From assembly GCA_963781585.1 (NCBI GenBank), contig CAWAGQ010000004.1:512001-576000 (forward strand): DNA of 64,000 nucleotides. The letters run 5' to 3'. This document shows positions 55,711-64,000 of this stretch, piece by piece. The first letter of the stretch is position 1. Every line of letters begins with the position of its first letter. The position numbers were made by a program, and so were the translations under genes. A model generated the notes under the pieces. The model saw only the letters and a list, made by a program, of their open reading frames with translations, did not search any database and was not told where the DNA came from. Source of the stretch: an uncultured Gemmatimonadaceae bacterium. GTDB lineage: Bacteria > Gemmatimonadota > Gemmatimonadetes > Gemmatimonadales > Gemmatimonadaceae.

Positions 55711-56255
55711 TGCCACCGTCGCACCCGGACGGCCCTCTGGAGTCGCGGCTGCGGCAGGGAATCCGCGACGTGCCGGACTATCCTCGTCCTGGAATCGTCT
55801 TCAAGGACATCACCCCTCTCCTGGGCAACGCGGCGCTCTTCGCCGAGGCCTGCGAGGCCATGACGGAGCCGTTTCGCCTCGACGGTATCACGCAGGTGGC
55901 GGCGATCGAGAGCCGGGGGTTTCTCTTCGGCGCCCCCGTGGCCCGAGCCCTTGGCGCCGGCATCATACCGGTGCGCAAGACCGGCAAGCTGCCGTTCCAG
56001 GCGGCGCGGGAGGAATACGCCCTCGAGTACGGCACCGATGCGCTGGAAATGCACATCGACGCGCTGACTGCCGGCTCGCGCGTGCTCGTCGTGGACGATG
56101 TCCTCGCCACCGGGGGTACGGCCGCCGCTACCTGCAGACTGGTGGAGCGCCTCGGAGGCAGTGTGGTCGGGCTCTCCTTCCTGATTCGGCTGGCGTTCCT
56201 GGACGGGCTCGCGAGACTGGACTCCCACAGAGCCACGAGTCTGGTGGTCTACTAG
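55707..56255 (+). CDS. apt: Adenine phosphoribosyltransferase
   Basis: DYPRPGIVFKDITPLL, ESRGF, YALEYG and VDDVLATGGT. Confidence 0.96.
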   Translation: MMPPSHPDGPLESRLRQGIRDVPDYPRPGIVFKDITPLLGNAALFAEACEAMTEPFRLDGITQVAAIESRGFLFGAPVARALGAGIIPVRKTGKLPFQAAREEYALEYGTDALEMHIDALTAGSRVLVVDDVLATGGTAAATCRLVERLGGSVVGLSFLIRLAFLDGLARLDSHRATSLVVY

Positions 56256-56402
56256 CTAGCGCCTCAGGCCAGAGGGCACCAGCCAGAGGGATGGAGGAAG
56301 GCCTGGCTCGAATGTCGCGCTCTGCTCGGCTGAGATAAATTCCGCCTTGGTCGTCGTGCCCCGCGTCCGCCAGGTCGGGTGGCGAGGCGTCCGGAGATTA
56401 CC

Positions 56403-56476
56403 GCCCCTGTAGCTCAGATGGATAGAGCAGCGGTTTCCTAAACCGTTGGTCGCCTGTTCGAGTCAGGCCAGGGGCA
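56403..56476 (+). tRNA. tRNA-Arg(CCU)
   Basis: Acceptor GCCCCTG/CAGGGGC, anticodon arm GCGGT-TT CCT AA-ACCGT, T-loop TTCGAGT; CCA not encoded. Confidence 0.95.
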
Positions 56477-56582
56477 TTGCTTCGACCGGCCGGAGGTGAG
56501 GGTCGCCCAGCCAGACTGAGGGGACTTATCTTTCACCGGTCAGGCACATCCACACGCTCAACGATCCCTTCAGAAGCGTATC

Positions 56583-57242
56583 ATGACGAAAACTGGCGCG
56601 TCGGCAACCCCAACCCCTGATGACCACGCCGAGTCGTTCTTCGACTGGGTCCGCGCCCATTCACGCGTCGTCTCGGTCGCCGCAATCGTCGTGGTGGCGG
56701 CCGGGCTGCTGGGCTGGGTGATGCGCACGGCGTCGGAAAAAAAAGAAGTGAACGCCAGCCGTACCCTTACCGAAGCGGAACGCGCTTTCGGCTCCGGCAA
56801 CCTCCCGTTGGCACAGTCCGATCTGGAGCGGATGCTGACGCGGTATGACGGCACCACAGCCGCCATCCAGGCGAGGCTGCTCCTGGCGCAGGTGTATTTC
56901 GGCCAGCAGAAGCCGTCTGAAGGACTCAAGGTTCTTGACGCCATCCACGATCCTGGGCCGCTGGAGACGTCGTACCACGCCGTAAGGGCTGGTGGCCTCG
57001 AGCAGGCGCAAAAGCCGGCTGACGCGGCCTCAGAGTACGAGAAAGCGGCACAGAGCGCGCTCTCGGACGACCAGAAGGCGGGCTACCTGGCCGACGCAGC
57101 TCGAACCTATGAGGCCGCGGGGAAGACCGACGAAGCACGCCGCCTGTGGAAGCAAATGGCGGACGATGAGGATAGTCCTCTGTCGGGCCAAGCCAGGGTG
57201 CGGCTGGGAGAACTGGAAGCCAAGGCGGTTTCTGGCGGCTGA
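56583..57242 (+). CDS. YfgM-like membrane-anchored TPR protein
   Basis: N-terminal TM helix followed by TPR helices (RYDGTTAAIQARLLLA). Confidence 0.8.
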   Translation: MTKTGASATPTPDDHAESFFDWVRAHSRVVSVAAIVVVAAGLLGWVMRTASEKKEVNASRTLTEAERAFGSGNLPLAQSDLERMLTRYDGTTAAIQARLLLAQVYFGQQKPSEGLKVLDAIHDPGPLETSYHAVRAGGLEQAQKPADAASEYEKAAQSALSDDQKAGYLADAARTYEAAGKTDEARRLWKQMADDEDSPLSGQARVRLGELEAKAVSGG

Positions 57243-57332
57243 CGGGTGGGCCTGAGAGCAAGTGTCGCCGTGCTGATCGGACGATGTTTGGCCGAGCCGA
57301 AGTGCTCGGCCTTTCTCGTGACTTGGGACGCT

Positions 57333-57360
57333 ACTTCGGATAATATATGTTATGTCAACT
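57333..57360 (+). other. dif: Chromosomal dif site (XerC/XerD recombination site)
   Basis: ACTTCGGATAA-TATATG-TTATGTCAACT has the 11-6-11 layout of dif (E. coli GGTGCGCATAA-TGTATA-TTATGTTAAAT); it lies where gene orientation converges. Confidence 0.88.
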
Positions 57361-57440
57361 ACACACGTGGAAAACCATGGCCAGCGCACTGCTGCCTGCT
57401 CATTGCGCACGGCATAAGGTGTTTACTGGCAATTTGTTGG

Positions 57441-57453
57441 TAAGATGTTGATT
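57441..57453 (-). promoter_or_regulatory. IHF-consensus site
   Basis: Minus strand AATCAACATCTTA matches WATCAANNNNTTR exactly, in an AT-rich patch next to dif. Confidence 0.45.
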
Positions 57454-57455
57454 GT

Positions 57456-57618
57456 CTGACCGACCTGGCGGCACCGGCCCATCGTCACGGGCGCCTTCCT
57501 AGCGTGCCGTTGCTCTTAGCCGGTATCCGGGACGCCGGGCCACCCAAGGAGCCGTTCCGGGACCGACAGTGGGTGCAAGCAACGGGTGAGGTACCTCAGA
57601 TGCCACTCAGGGGGCCTC
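57456..57618 (-). ncRNA. Structured ncRNA, probable 6S RNA (ssrS-like); strand not certain
   Basis: Long rod: closing stem CCTGAGTGGCATC/GGTGCCGCCAGG, central bubble, inner stems CCGTTGCTT/GAGCAACGG and GTCGGT/ACCGGC; no protein gene downstream on either strand. Confidence 0.55.
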
Positions 57619-57633
57619 AAAAGCCGCTCTGAA

Positions 57634-58467
57634 TCAGTTTGATGTGGTGGTGAGGGACATCAGCCTTCCCTCGTAGACGAGGCGTCCTTCGCCCGCCAGA
57701 GAAGGACGTCCCATCGCCCCTGTCGGAGGGATGCGCACCTTGAGCGGCAGGCCGGATCTCGTGACCATCGTCACGGCCGAGTCCGCAAGGCCCCATGCGC
57801 AAAGGAGCGCGGCGCATGCGACGGCACCAGTTCCGCAGGCGAGGGTCTCGTCCTCCACGCCACGCTCGTACGTTCTCATCTGCCAATCCCCGCCCTGCCG
57901 CGAGAGGAAGTTCGCGTTCGCTCCAGCCTCTAGCTGAGGGAGGTTTCGCAGCTGACTCCCTCGCCCGAGGATGTCAACGTGGTCGACGTCGTCGCAGACC
58001 ACCACCAGGTGCGGCACACCTACCTGGGCAAAGCCGATGCGCCTCTCCGCCGGCTGGAGCGAGGTCTCGAAGCTGGTGATCGCGTGGAGAACAGGGGCCG
58101 CGTCGATTTCCGGACCGGTCGGGGTCATTCTGCCCGTGAGCGAACCAGACGATGATCCGAACTCGAAGTCTCCGGCGTCCTCGACGATTCCCAGTCTCTG
58201 CGCGAGCGAGACGGCACAGAGGGAGGCGTTGCCGCAGAGTTCCGCCAACGAGCCGTCACGATTGAAGTAGCGGATCGCGAATGGCAGGACGGTGTCGCGC
58301 TCGACGAACACGATCCCGTCAGCACCGACCCCCCTTCGCCGATCGCAGACCGCGTCGATAATGGGTGGTGTCTCGAGTGTCCCGGGGTTCACGGTGCGCG
58401 CATCGAAGAAGACGAAGTCGTTGCCGGACCCCGTCATCTTCCAGAACATGCGCCCAAGCCAGTCCAC
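57634..58467 (-). CDS. dapF: Diaminopimelate epimerase
   Basis: KMTGSGNDF, GVGADG, NRDGS.AELCGNA, GVPH and ERGVEDETLACGTG. Confidence 0.95.
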   Translation of the reverse strand: MDWLGRMFWKMTGSGNDFVFFDARTVNPGTLETPPIIDAVCDRRRGVGADGIVFVERDTVLPFAIRYFNRDGSLAELCGNASLCAVSLAQRLGIVEDAGDFEFGSSSGSLTGRMTPTGPEIDAAPVLHAITSFETSLQPAERRIGFAQVGVPHLVVVCDDVDHVDILGRGSQLRNLPQLEAGANANFLSRQGGDWQMRTYERGVEDETLACGTGAVACAALLCAWGLADSAVTMVTRSGLPLKVRIPPTGAMGRPSLAGEGRLVYEGRLMSLTTTSN

Positions 58468-58471
58468 TGGT

Positions 58472-59194
58472 TCAAACCCGACCGGAGATCGACCACCATC
58501 GCAGCCGCCACACCATCCAGATGGCTTCCCGCACGATCTTCTTTGACATCTTGCTCTGCCCTTCCGTGCGGTCCACGAAGACGATGGGGATTTCCGCGAT
58601 TCGAAATCCCTTCTTCCACGCCCTGAAGCTCATCTCGATCTGAAACGCATATCCGTTTGATTTCACGTCACTTAGATCAATCGACTGAAGCACTTTCCTC
58701 CGCCAGCACTTGTAGCCCCCAGTGGCGTCGAAGACCTGGAGTCCCGTGACGATTCTGGCGTAGACATTGGCGAAATAGCTGAGCAGCAGACGCCCGATAG
58801 GCCAGTTTACGATGGTGACCCTTCCGTCGCGGTAGCGCGAGCCCAGGACCAGGTCGGCGTCGCGCGCCGTCTCGAGAAACTGCGGGATGTGCGCTGGATC
58901 GTGCGAGAAGTCAGCGTCCATTTCGAAGACGTATTCATAGTCCCCTTCGAGTGCCCACTTGAAGCCCGCCACGTAGGCCGTGCCGAGCCCCAGCTTCCGC
59001 TCTCGGTGGATGACGTGAACTCTCGAGTCGTGCGCGACCCGCTCGTCGACAATCTGACCGGTACTGTCGGGCGAGCCGTCGTCCACCACCAGCACCTCCA
59101 GGCGCGGGTCTTCGCCGAGAACGGCATCGATCAGCCTGACGATGTTCTCGCGCTCGTTGAAGGTCGGAACAATCACGAGAGCCCGCTCAGCCAC
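58472..59194 (-). CDS. Polyprenol monophosphomannose synthase-like GT2 (DPM1/Ppm1 type)
   Basis: VPTFNEREN, VDDGSPD, GLGTAY, MDADFSH, GYAFQIE and FVDRTEGQSKMS. Start GTG 59194. Confidence 0.9.
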   Translation of the reverse strand: MAERALVIVPTFNERENIVRLIDAVLGEDPRLEVLVVDDGSPDSTGQIVDERVAHDSRVHVIHRERKLGLGTAYVAGFKWALEGDYEYVFEMDADFSHDPAHIPQFLETARDADLVLGSRYRDGRVTIVNWPIGRLLLSYFANVYARIVTGLQVFDATGGYKCWRRKVLQSIDLSDVKSNGYAFQIEMSFRAWKKGFRIAEIPIVFVDRTEGQSKMSKKIVREAIWMVWRLRWWSISGRV

Positions 59195-61586
59195 TGGTGC
59201 GCCGTCCCAGGAAGGCACCTCCGACCCACGCTGCCACGGCGATCACGAGCGCCAGCAGGGTGATGAGCCTGCCTGTCTCGTACGTCCTGCTGCTGAAGCG
59301 CAGCGAGATGGCGCGGGTGCCTTGCGGCAGCTCGACGCCGATGAGGGACATGTCGGCTCGGCCGATCGGCAACTCTTTTCCCTCCGACGTGGCCCGCCAC
59401 CCAGGGTAATAGTTCTCGCTTACCATCAGGGCGGAACCGCTGGGGGCCGGGGCGTCCAGTTCCACGTCAATCGCGCCGGGATCGTACCGTGTGACCCGGG
59501 CGTGCAGACCAAGGGCTTCCGGCAGGGCCTGAATTGTCCGGGCGTTTACCTTCGCCGATGTGTCGAAGAGCGCCGCACGATAGACGTCGAACCGCGGATC
59601 GAGCACGGTACTGAGCACGGCATCGTCAGCCGCCTTGACGATCACCGGGGCGACCCAGGCGGCAGGGTGGTCCTCGGTGAAACGATAGACGTACACTGGA
59701 GTGCCTGCGGCGTCCTTCACCGGCCCGAGGACGCGCTCGACTCCTTGCAGTCCGAGGCTGCCCAGGTTCGCGTTCTCGGTGAGAATGAAGCGGATATTCT
59801 CGAGCGCCCAGAAGTTGGGATTCACGATCGACGCCCACCGTTCGTCCTTCCGCGCCAGTTGCTGGTATCGGCCCAGCTCGTTCCCATGGTATCCGAGCGG
59901 GGATCGAATACGGAACGTCATGAGTCCGTCGTACCAGAGAAACGGATCCTGGGGCGCGACGGCTTGCGGATCGGTTGGCAGGGGCAACACGCGAGCCGGT
60001 TCGGGCTGACTCCTGAGATAGTCGATCGCCGGATCCGAGGCAAAGAGCACCGACGCGGGGGGAGAGAAGATCCAGTAGAGGCGCTCCACAGACCAGAGAT
60101 CGGTGGCTACCACCGCAGCGATCAGGGCGCCGCAAGTGGCTCGCGACAGGCGTTGCGTCGCCGACATGAACAGCAGCACGAGCAGAAACGCGACGAACAG
60201 CGCCGAGCGCAGCGCTCCGAACCGGATGGCGGCGTCATTGCTCAGCGCGGTTTCAGTGCGTCCGGTCTTGGCGAGCGACACCGCCAGATTCGTCAAGCCG
60301 CCGCTGAACCCGAGCACGACCAGTACAATCGCGGCTATTCCCCATCCAATCATGAATCGCCGCGTCACGCCGCCGCGCAGTGCGCGTTCCGCGCCGAGCG
60401 CCGCGAGCGTGGCGGTGCAGAACGAGACCACGAACAGCATTGTGCTGGGTGCGCGAAAGAACTTTGTGCCCGGCACCAGGGTGTACACGAGACGGTAGAA
60501 CGGCGTGAATCCGCCCAGCGCCCACAGGAGAGAGACGACCAGAGCGCCGGTCCAGAAGACGAGCATTCGCCGCTGACCGGCCGACCATGAGCGTGTGAAT
60601 GCAAGGGCCACGAGGATGAGCACCGCGGCCCCCAGGTACTCGCTGTGAAGGTGGATGCCGTTCTGCCCCCAATACATGTCGAGAATTCCCGAAAACTGCG
60701 GAACCGCGAAGTTGACCATCTCCTCGGGCGGCAACGAGTACGATACGGCGTCCTCCCAGCCCTTCCCTGCCGCCCGCGGCGACCACGGGACGTACTCGCG
60801 CACGGGGAGGAACTGGATGGCCCCGATCGCGAGGCCAACGGCGACCGCGAGCCCCGTCAGCGCAAGACGCCGAATTGCCACCGACCGCGGCAAGCGGCCG
60901 CTACCCTGATCGGAGAACGCCAGAAAGACGCCGAACGCGCCGCAAGTGAGCAGGAGGTACTGAAGCAACTGCGGATGGGGCGAGAGAATCGCGAGGCCGA
61001 TGACGATGGCCAGCGCCCCGTAGGCCCACTGCTTTCCGTCACGGATGCACCGCGCCACCAGCAGGAGTGCCAACGGCAGCAGCGCCGAGACGAAGAGCTT
61101 CCCGTCGTGGCCGGGGGAGACCTGCGCGGCGAGGTTGCCGCCCAGCATGTACGCAAGGCCGCCTGCGAGCGACGCGAAGAACCCGAGCCCGACGGCCCGG
61201 AGAAACAGGTAGGTGAACAGGCCTGCGAGAAAGACGTGGAGGATCATCCCCCACGTCATGGCAACGTCTGTTGGAAGAACGAGCCTGAGCAGAAAGGTTG
61301 GGTAGAAGATGTCTCCGTGCATCGCGGCGACGTACGGCATGCCGCCGAGCAGGTACGGGTTCCAGAGCGGGAAATGCCCCGTCTGGTGCAGTGTCGTCGC
61401 CGCGAACTCGCGGAACGCGTAGCCGGCGATGTACTGGTCGCTCCGCGGATTCACGAGGAACTTGCCCGCCAGGGCGGGGGCACCAAGTGCGAGCGTGGCC
61501 GCCGCGTACACGAGCGTCGCCCACAGCGTGGCGAAGCGCGGTCCTTGCCCGGTTGCCGTCAGTTCCTCGTCACCGTTTCGAGGCAT
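59187..61586 (-). CDS. YfhO-family multi-pass membrane protein (GT-C glycosyltransferase)
   Basis: PLWNPY..GGMP, many TM helices, C-terminal SENYYPGW.A YfhO motif. Start ATG 61586. Confidence 0.85.
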   Translation of the reverse strand: MPRNGDEELTATGQGPRFATLWATLVYAAATLALGAPALAGKFLVNPRSDQYIAGYAFREFAATTLHQTGHFPLWNPYLLGGMPYVAAMHGDIFYPTFLLRLVLPTDVAMTWGMILHVFLAGLFTYLFLRAVGLGFFASLAGGLAYMLGGNLAAQVSPGHDGKLFVSALLPLALLLVARCIRDGKQWAYGALAIVIGLAILSPHPQLLQYLLLTCGAFGVFLAFSDQGSGRLPRSVAIRRLALTGLAVAVGLAIGAIQFLPVREYVPWSPRAAGKGWEDAVSYSLPPEEMVNFAVPQFSGILDMYWGQNGIHLHSEYLGAAVLILVALAFTRSWSAGQRRMLVFWTGALVVSLLWALGGFTPFYRLVYTLVPGTKFFRAPSTMLFVVSFCTATLAALGAERALRGGVTRRFMIGWGIAAIVLVVLGFSGGLTNLAVSLAKTGRTETALSNDAAIRFGALRSALFVAFLLVLLFMSATQRLSRATCGALIAAVVATDLWSVERLYWIFSPPASVLFASDPAIDYLRSQPEPARVLPLPTDPQAVAPQDPFLWYDGLMTFRIRSPLGYHGNELGRYQQLARKDERWASIVNPNFWALENIRFILTENANLGSLGLQGVERVLGPVKDAAGTPVYVYRFTEDHPAAWVAPVIVKAADDAVLSTVLDPRFDVYRAALFDTSAKVNARTIQALPEALGLHARVTRYDPGAIDVELDAPAPSGSALMVSENYYPGWRATSEGKELPIGRADMSLIGVELPQGTRAISLRFSSRTYETGRLITLLALVIAVAAWVGGAFLGRRTSG

Positions 61587-62550
61587 TTCCGATCGAGTGG
61601 GGAGCGCGCGAACGGCGGCGCGCTCCGAGTGCGAAGAAAATGGCACCGGGCAGCACTTCTATCACCGTCAACCAGAGTCGTGACGCGACAGCGATCAGCA
61701 CGCTCGTCGCGCTGCCAGCCAGCCCGAGTTGCACCAGAGACGCCGCCAGGGCGGACTCGCGGACAACCAGTCCTCCCGGCACAAAGAGGGTAACGTAGCC
61801 GATCAGATAGGACGCCGTGAAGGCCGCGACGTAGGAGCTCACAGGGCCGGTGGCAGCCGGTGCCACGCCGCGTGAGAACACGTAGAACGCGATTCCATAG
61901 AGCGTCCACGCCGCGAGCGAAGCGGCGCCAGCGATCCAGATCGGCCGGCGAGGCAGCGGTGGTGACTCGAACGTTCGGCCAACCGCGCGTTCCACCACGC
62001 GAAGCATGTACGGAAGGAGCCGTGGAGTGAGGAGCACGGCAACCGCGACCACGACAGCCGCCCCCATGACGATGATGGGTTTGCCGAGAAGACGAGCGCC
62101 GGTCACGGCAACGACACCCACACCAGCCAGGAGCAGCACGACGTTGATCACGACCGAGGATCCTGTGGCCGCGACGGGTTGCACGCCGGCACGTTGGGCC
62201 ATCACACCCATGGCGCCGATCTGCCACACCTTTCCCGGCACGTAGCGACCCAGGTTCGACACGAACCAGATCCGAGCCGCGTCAGGCCAGCTGAGCGCCG
62301 ATCCCCAGTCGCGAACCATGATACGCCAGGTCTCCACGAGCATGGCATACGCGCCGAAGACGATGAGCGCCGACACCACGACGAGAAGCCAGTTCAGGTG
62401 GAATCCGAACCCCTGGGCGCGCGCAGCGCTCCACTGGGCGGCGATGCGTCCCCCCGCGAACCAGAGAACCGCGGCCGCGAACACGACCTGGATTGCGAGA
62501 GCGAGTTTATGACGCACTCGAGACAAGAGCGGAGCGATAGACCTGGGCAT
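61570..62550 (-). CDS. Lysylphosphatidylglycerol-synthase TM / flippase-like membrane protein (UPF0104)
   Basis: SNLGRYVPGKVW, PGGLVVRE and ASRLW motifs. Start uncertain (62550 ATG or 62517 GTG). Confidence 0.82.
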   Translation of the reverse strand: MPRSIAPLLSRVRHKLALAIQVVFAAAVLWFAGGRIAAQWSAARAQGFGFHLNWLLVVVSALIVFGAYAMLVETWRIMVRDWGSALSWPDAARIWFVSNLGRYVPGKVWQIGAMGVMAQRAGVQPVAATGSSVVINVVLLLAGVGVVAVTGARLLGKPIIVMGAAVVVAVAVLLTPRLLPYMLRVVERAVGRTFESPPLPRRPIWIAGAASLAAWTLYGIAFYVFSRGVAPAATGPVSSYVAAFTASYLIGYVTLFVPGGLVVRESALAASLVQLGLAGSATSVLIAVASRLWLTVIEVLPGAIFFALGARRRSRAPHSIGNASKR

Positions 62551-63670
62551 ACCGGCGCGCCGCAGTCTCCGGCCCGAAGCGCGCGAGGGCGGATTGCCGA
62601 CCGGCGCGACCGATCTCCGGCCGACGCGGATCGCCGAGTGCGGCGTCGAGGGCAGCGGCCAGAGCGTCAGCTTCCCCGGGGGGCACGAGGTACCCCGTTT
62701 CGCGATGCGTGATGATGTCGGCGAGGCCGCCGGAGGCGAACGCCACCACGGGTGTCTCACAGAGTTGGGCCTCCACCGCCACCATGCCGAAGCCTTCTCC
62801 CAGCGAGGGCACCACGAGCGCAGCAGCGTGGCGATAGACCTCGAGGAGCTGGGGCTGGGGCAGCGTGCCGTGCCACCGGATCCGGTTCGCGATCGCCAGT
62901 TCGGCGGCGCGCGACCGCAGGGCTTCGGCGTCGGGTCCGTCGCCTACCACGTCGAGCTCCGCGGGCCTCGTCATCCGTGCCATCGCCTCGAGCAGCCGTT
63001 CGATTCCCTTCTGTGCGTTGAGGCGACCGACGAACAGCAGCCGGTTCGTATCGCGGGAGTCGCCCGGTGAAAACAGATCGGTTGCGACCGGCATCGGCGC
63101 GATGACCGGATGGACCTTCGGTGCCAGAGCCGAGGCCTCCCGGGCCACCCACTCGGAGACGGCAGTGACGGCGCGCGAGTGCATGAGCACATGGCGAAAG
63201 AGGGGGCGCGCCAGTGCCGTCGCGCGCATCAGCCGAACGTCGGTGCCATGCAGGGTGGTCACCAGCGGCAGGTCCGCGAGTCGCGCCACCCAGGTGCCGA
63301 CCATCCCTCCCGGGAACCACCAGTGCGCATGCACGAGGTCGGGTTGGAATTCGCGGCGGATACGGGTGCCGCTGGCGAACTCCGAGCCGAGGAACCCAAG
63401 GAGCGCGAGTTTGGCGCTGAGTGAGCGCTGGACCTCCTCGGCCATGTATCCCGTGTACGCGAGCCGCTGGTAGCGCCGTGGTGCATAGCGAAAGCGGTGC
63501 ACGGGGATGCCGCCCAGGGTCTCTTCAGCGGGCAGGCTGTCGGCGGCCGGGGCGACAACGGTGACGTCGATCCCCTCAGCCCTGAGCGCCACGGCGAGGT
63601 GGAGCAGGAAGGACCCGGCCGCGTCGCCCGGTTCACGCGGGTAGGAATGGGTCAGGAAGAGGACGCGCAT
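62507..63670 (-). CDS. GT4-family glycosyltransferase
   Basis: MRVLFLTHSYP, HAHW, FVGRLNAQKG and EGFGMVAVEA (EX7E). Confidence 0.92.
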   Translation of the reverse strand: MRVLFLTHSYPREPGDAAGSFLLHLAVALRAEGIDVTVVAPAADSLPAEETLGGIPVHRFRYAPRRYQRLAYTGYMAEEVQRSLSAKLALLGFLGSEFASGTRIRREFQPDLVHAHWWFPGGMVGTWVARLADLPLVTTLHGTDVRLMRATALARPLFRHVLMHSRAVTAVSEWVAREASALAPKVHPVIAPMPVATDLFSPGDSRDTNRLLFVGRLNAQKGIERLLEAMARMTRPAELDVVGDGPDAEALRSRAAELAIANRIRWHGTLPQPQLLEVYRHAAALVVPSLGEGFGMVAVEAQLCETPVVAFASGGLADIITHRETGYLVPPGEADALAAALDAALGDPRRPEIGRAGRQSALARFGPETAARRYAQVYRSALVSSAS

Positions 63671-63681
63671 TGGCGCGGCCG

Positions 63682-64000
63682 CTATTGTCCGCGCGCCGAG
63701 CGGAGCTCGTCCATCTGGCGGCGCACCTCGCGCAGTTGCGCACGCAGGCCCGCCACCTGCTCGCCCACCAGCCCGGCGGCGAAGAAGACGCTGCCCAGCA
63801 CCAGGCAGGTGGTGATGATGGTCCAGACCGGTCTTATGCCCTTGCCGGTCAGCGCGAGCGTGACCAGCGCAGCGACGCCCGAGAGCGCGCCTAACGCGAA
63901 CAGCCCGGCCCCCATCATGCCGAACAGCAGCAGGGGCTTCTGCGCGAACCGGATCTCGAACCACACCGACAGCATGTCCAGCACGCCGATCGGAATACGC
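63682..64000 (-). CDS. C-terminal part of a GT2-family (ArnC/GtrB-like) glycosyltransferase, partial
   Basis: RIPIGVLDML..F..KPLLLFG followed by two TM helices and GLVGE; the ORF runs off the window end. Confidence 0.7.
   Translation of the reverse strand, partial: RIPIGVLDMLSVWFEIRFAQKPLLLFGMMGAGLFALGALSGVAALVTLALTGKGIRPVWTIITTCLVLGSVFFAAGLVGEQVAGLRAQLREVRRQMDELRSARGQ

Noticed and set aside
56403..57360. Possible integrative element at tRNA-Arg(CCU) or at dif
   Set aside because: No integrase, no duplicated tRNA 3' end and no second dif-like copy; the intervening gene is a housekeeping-type YfgM-like protein.

Overview
High-GC core-chromosome segment. The 16S sequence and gene content (LpxC-FabZ fusion, McsA-McsB-ClpC, PorV-like barrel, BshC) point to a diderm bacterium, most likely Gemmatimonadota; this is inferred, not searched. 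From 1 to 57.2 kb almost everything is on the + strand. That stretch holds envelope and tRNA-processing genes, three tRNAs, a complete 16S-23S-5S operon with a tRNA-less ITS, era, a PorV-like gene, and a REC-GGDEF plus zinc-ribbon/RomX-like pair. It continues with frameshifted prfB, lysS, lolE/lolD, mcsA-mcsB-clpC, bamA-skp and a lipid A cluster, then gdhA, rlmH, bshC, murJ, uvrC, thrC, larC, der-plsY-gpsA, surE/pcm, acyP, apt and tRNA-Arg. From 57.6 kb everything is on the - strand: dapF and a GT2/GT-C/flippase/GT4 glycosylation cluster. The switch falls on a 28-bp XerCD dif site (57333-57360), flanked by an IHF-like site and a ~160-nt structured 6S-like RNA. The window therefore probably spans the replication terminus, only ~47 kb from an rRNA operon. 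Other notable signals are a two-gene insertion that split an ancestral surE/pcm overlap and left a diverged 33-bp duplication, a probable CUG start for the gnnA-like gene, and candidate leaderless transcripts. I found no CRISPR array, transposase or integrase.
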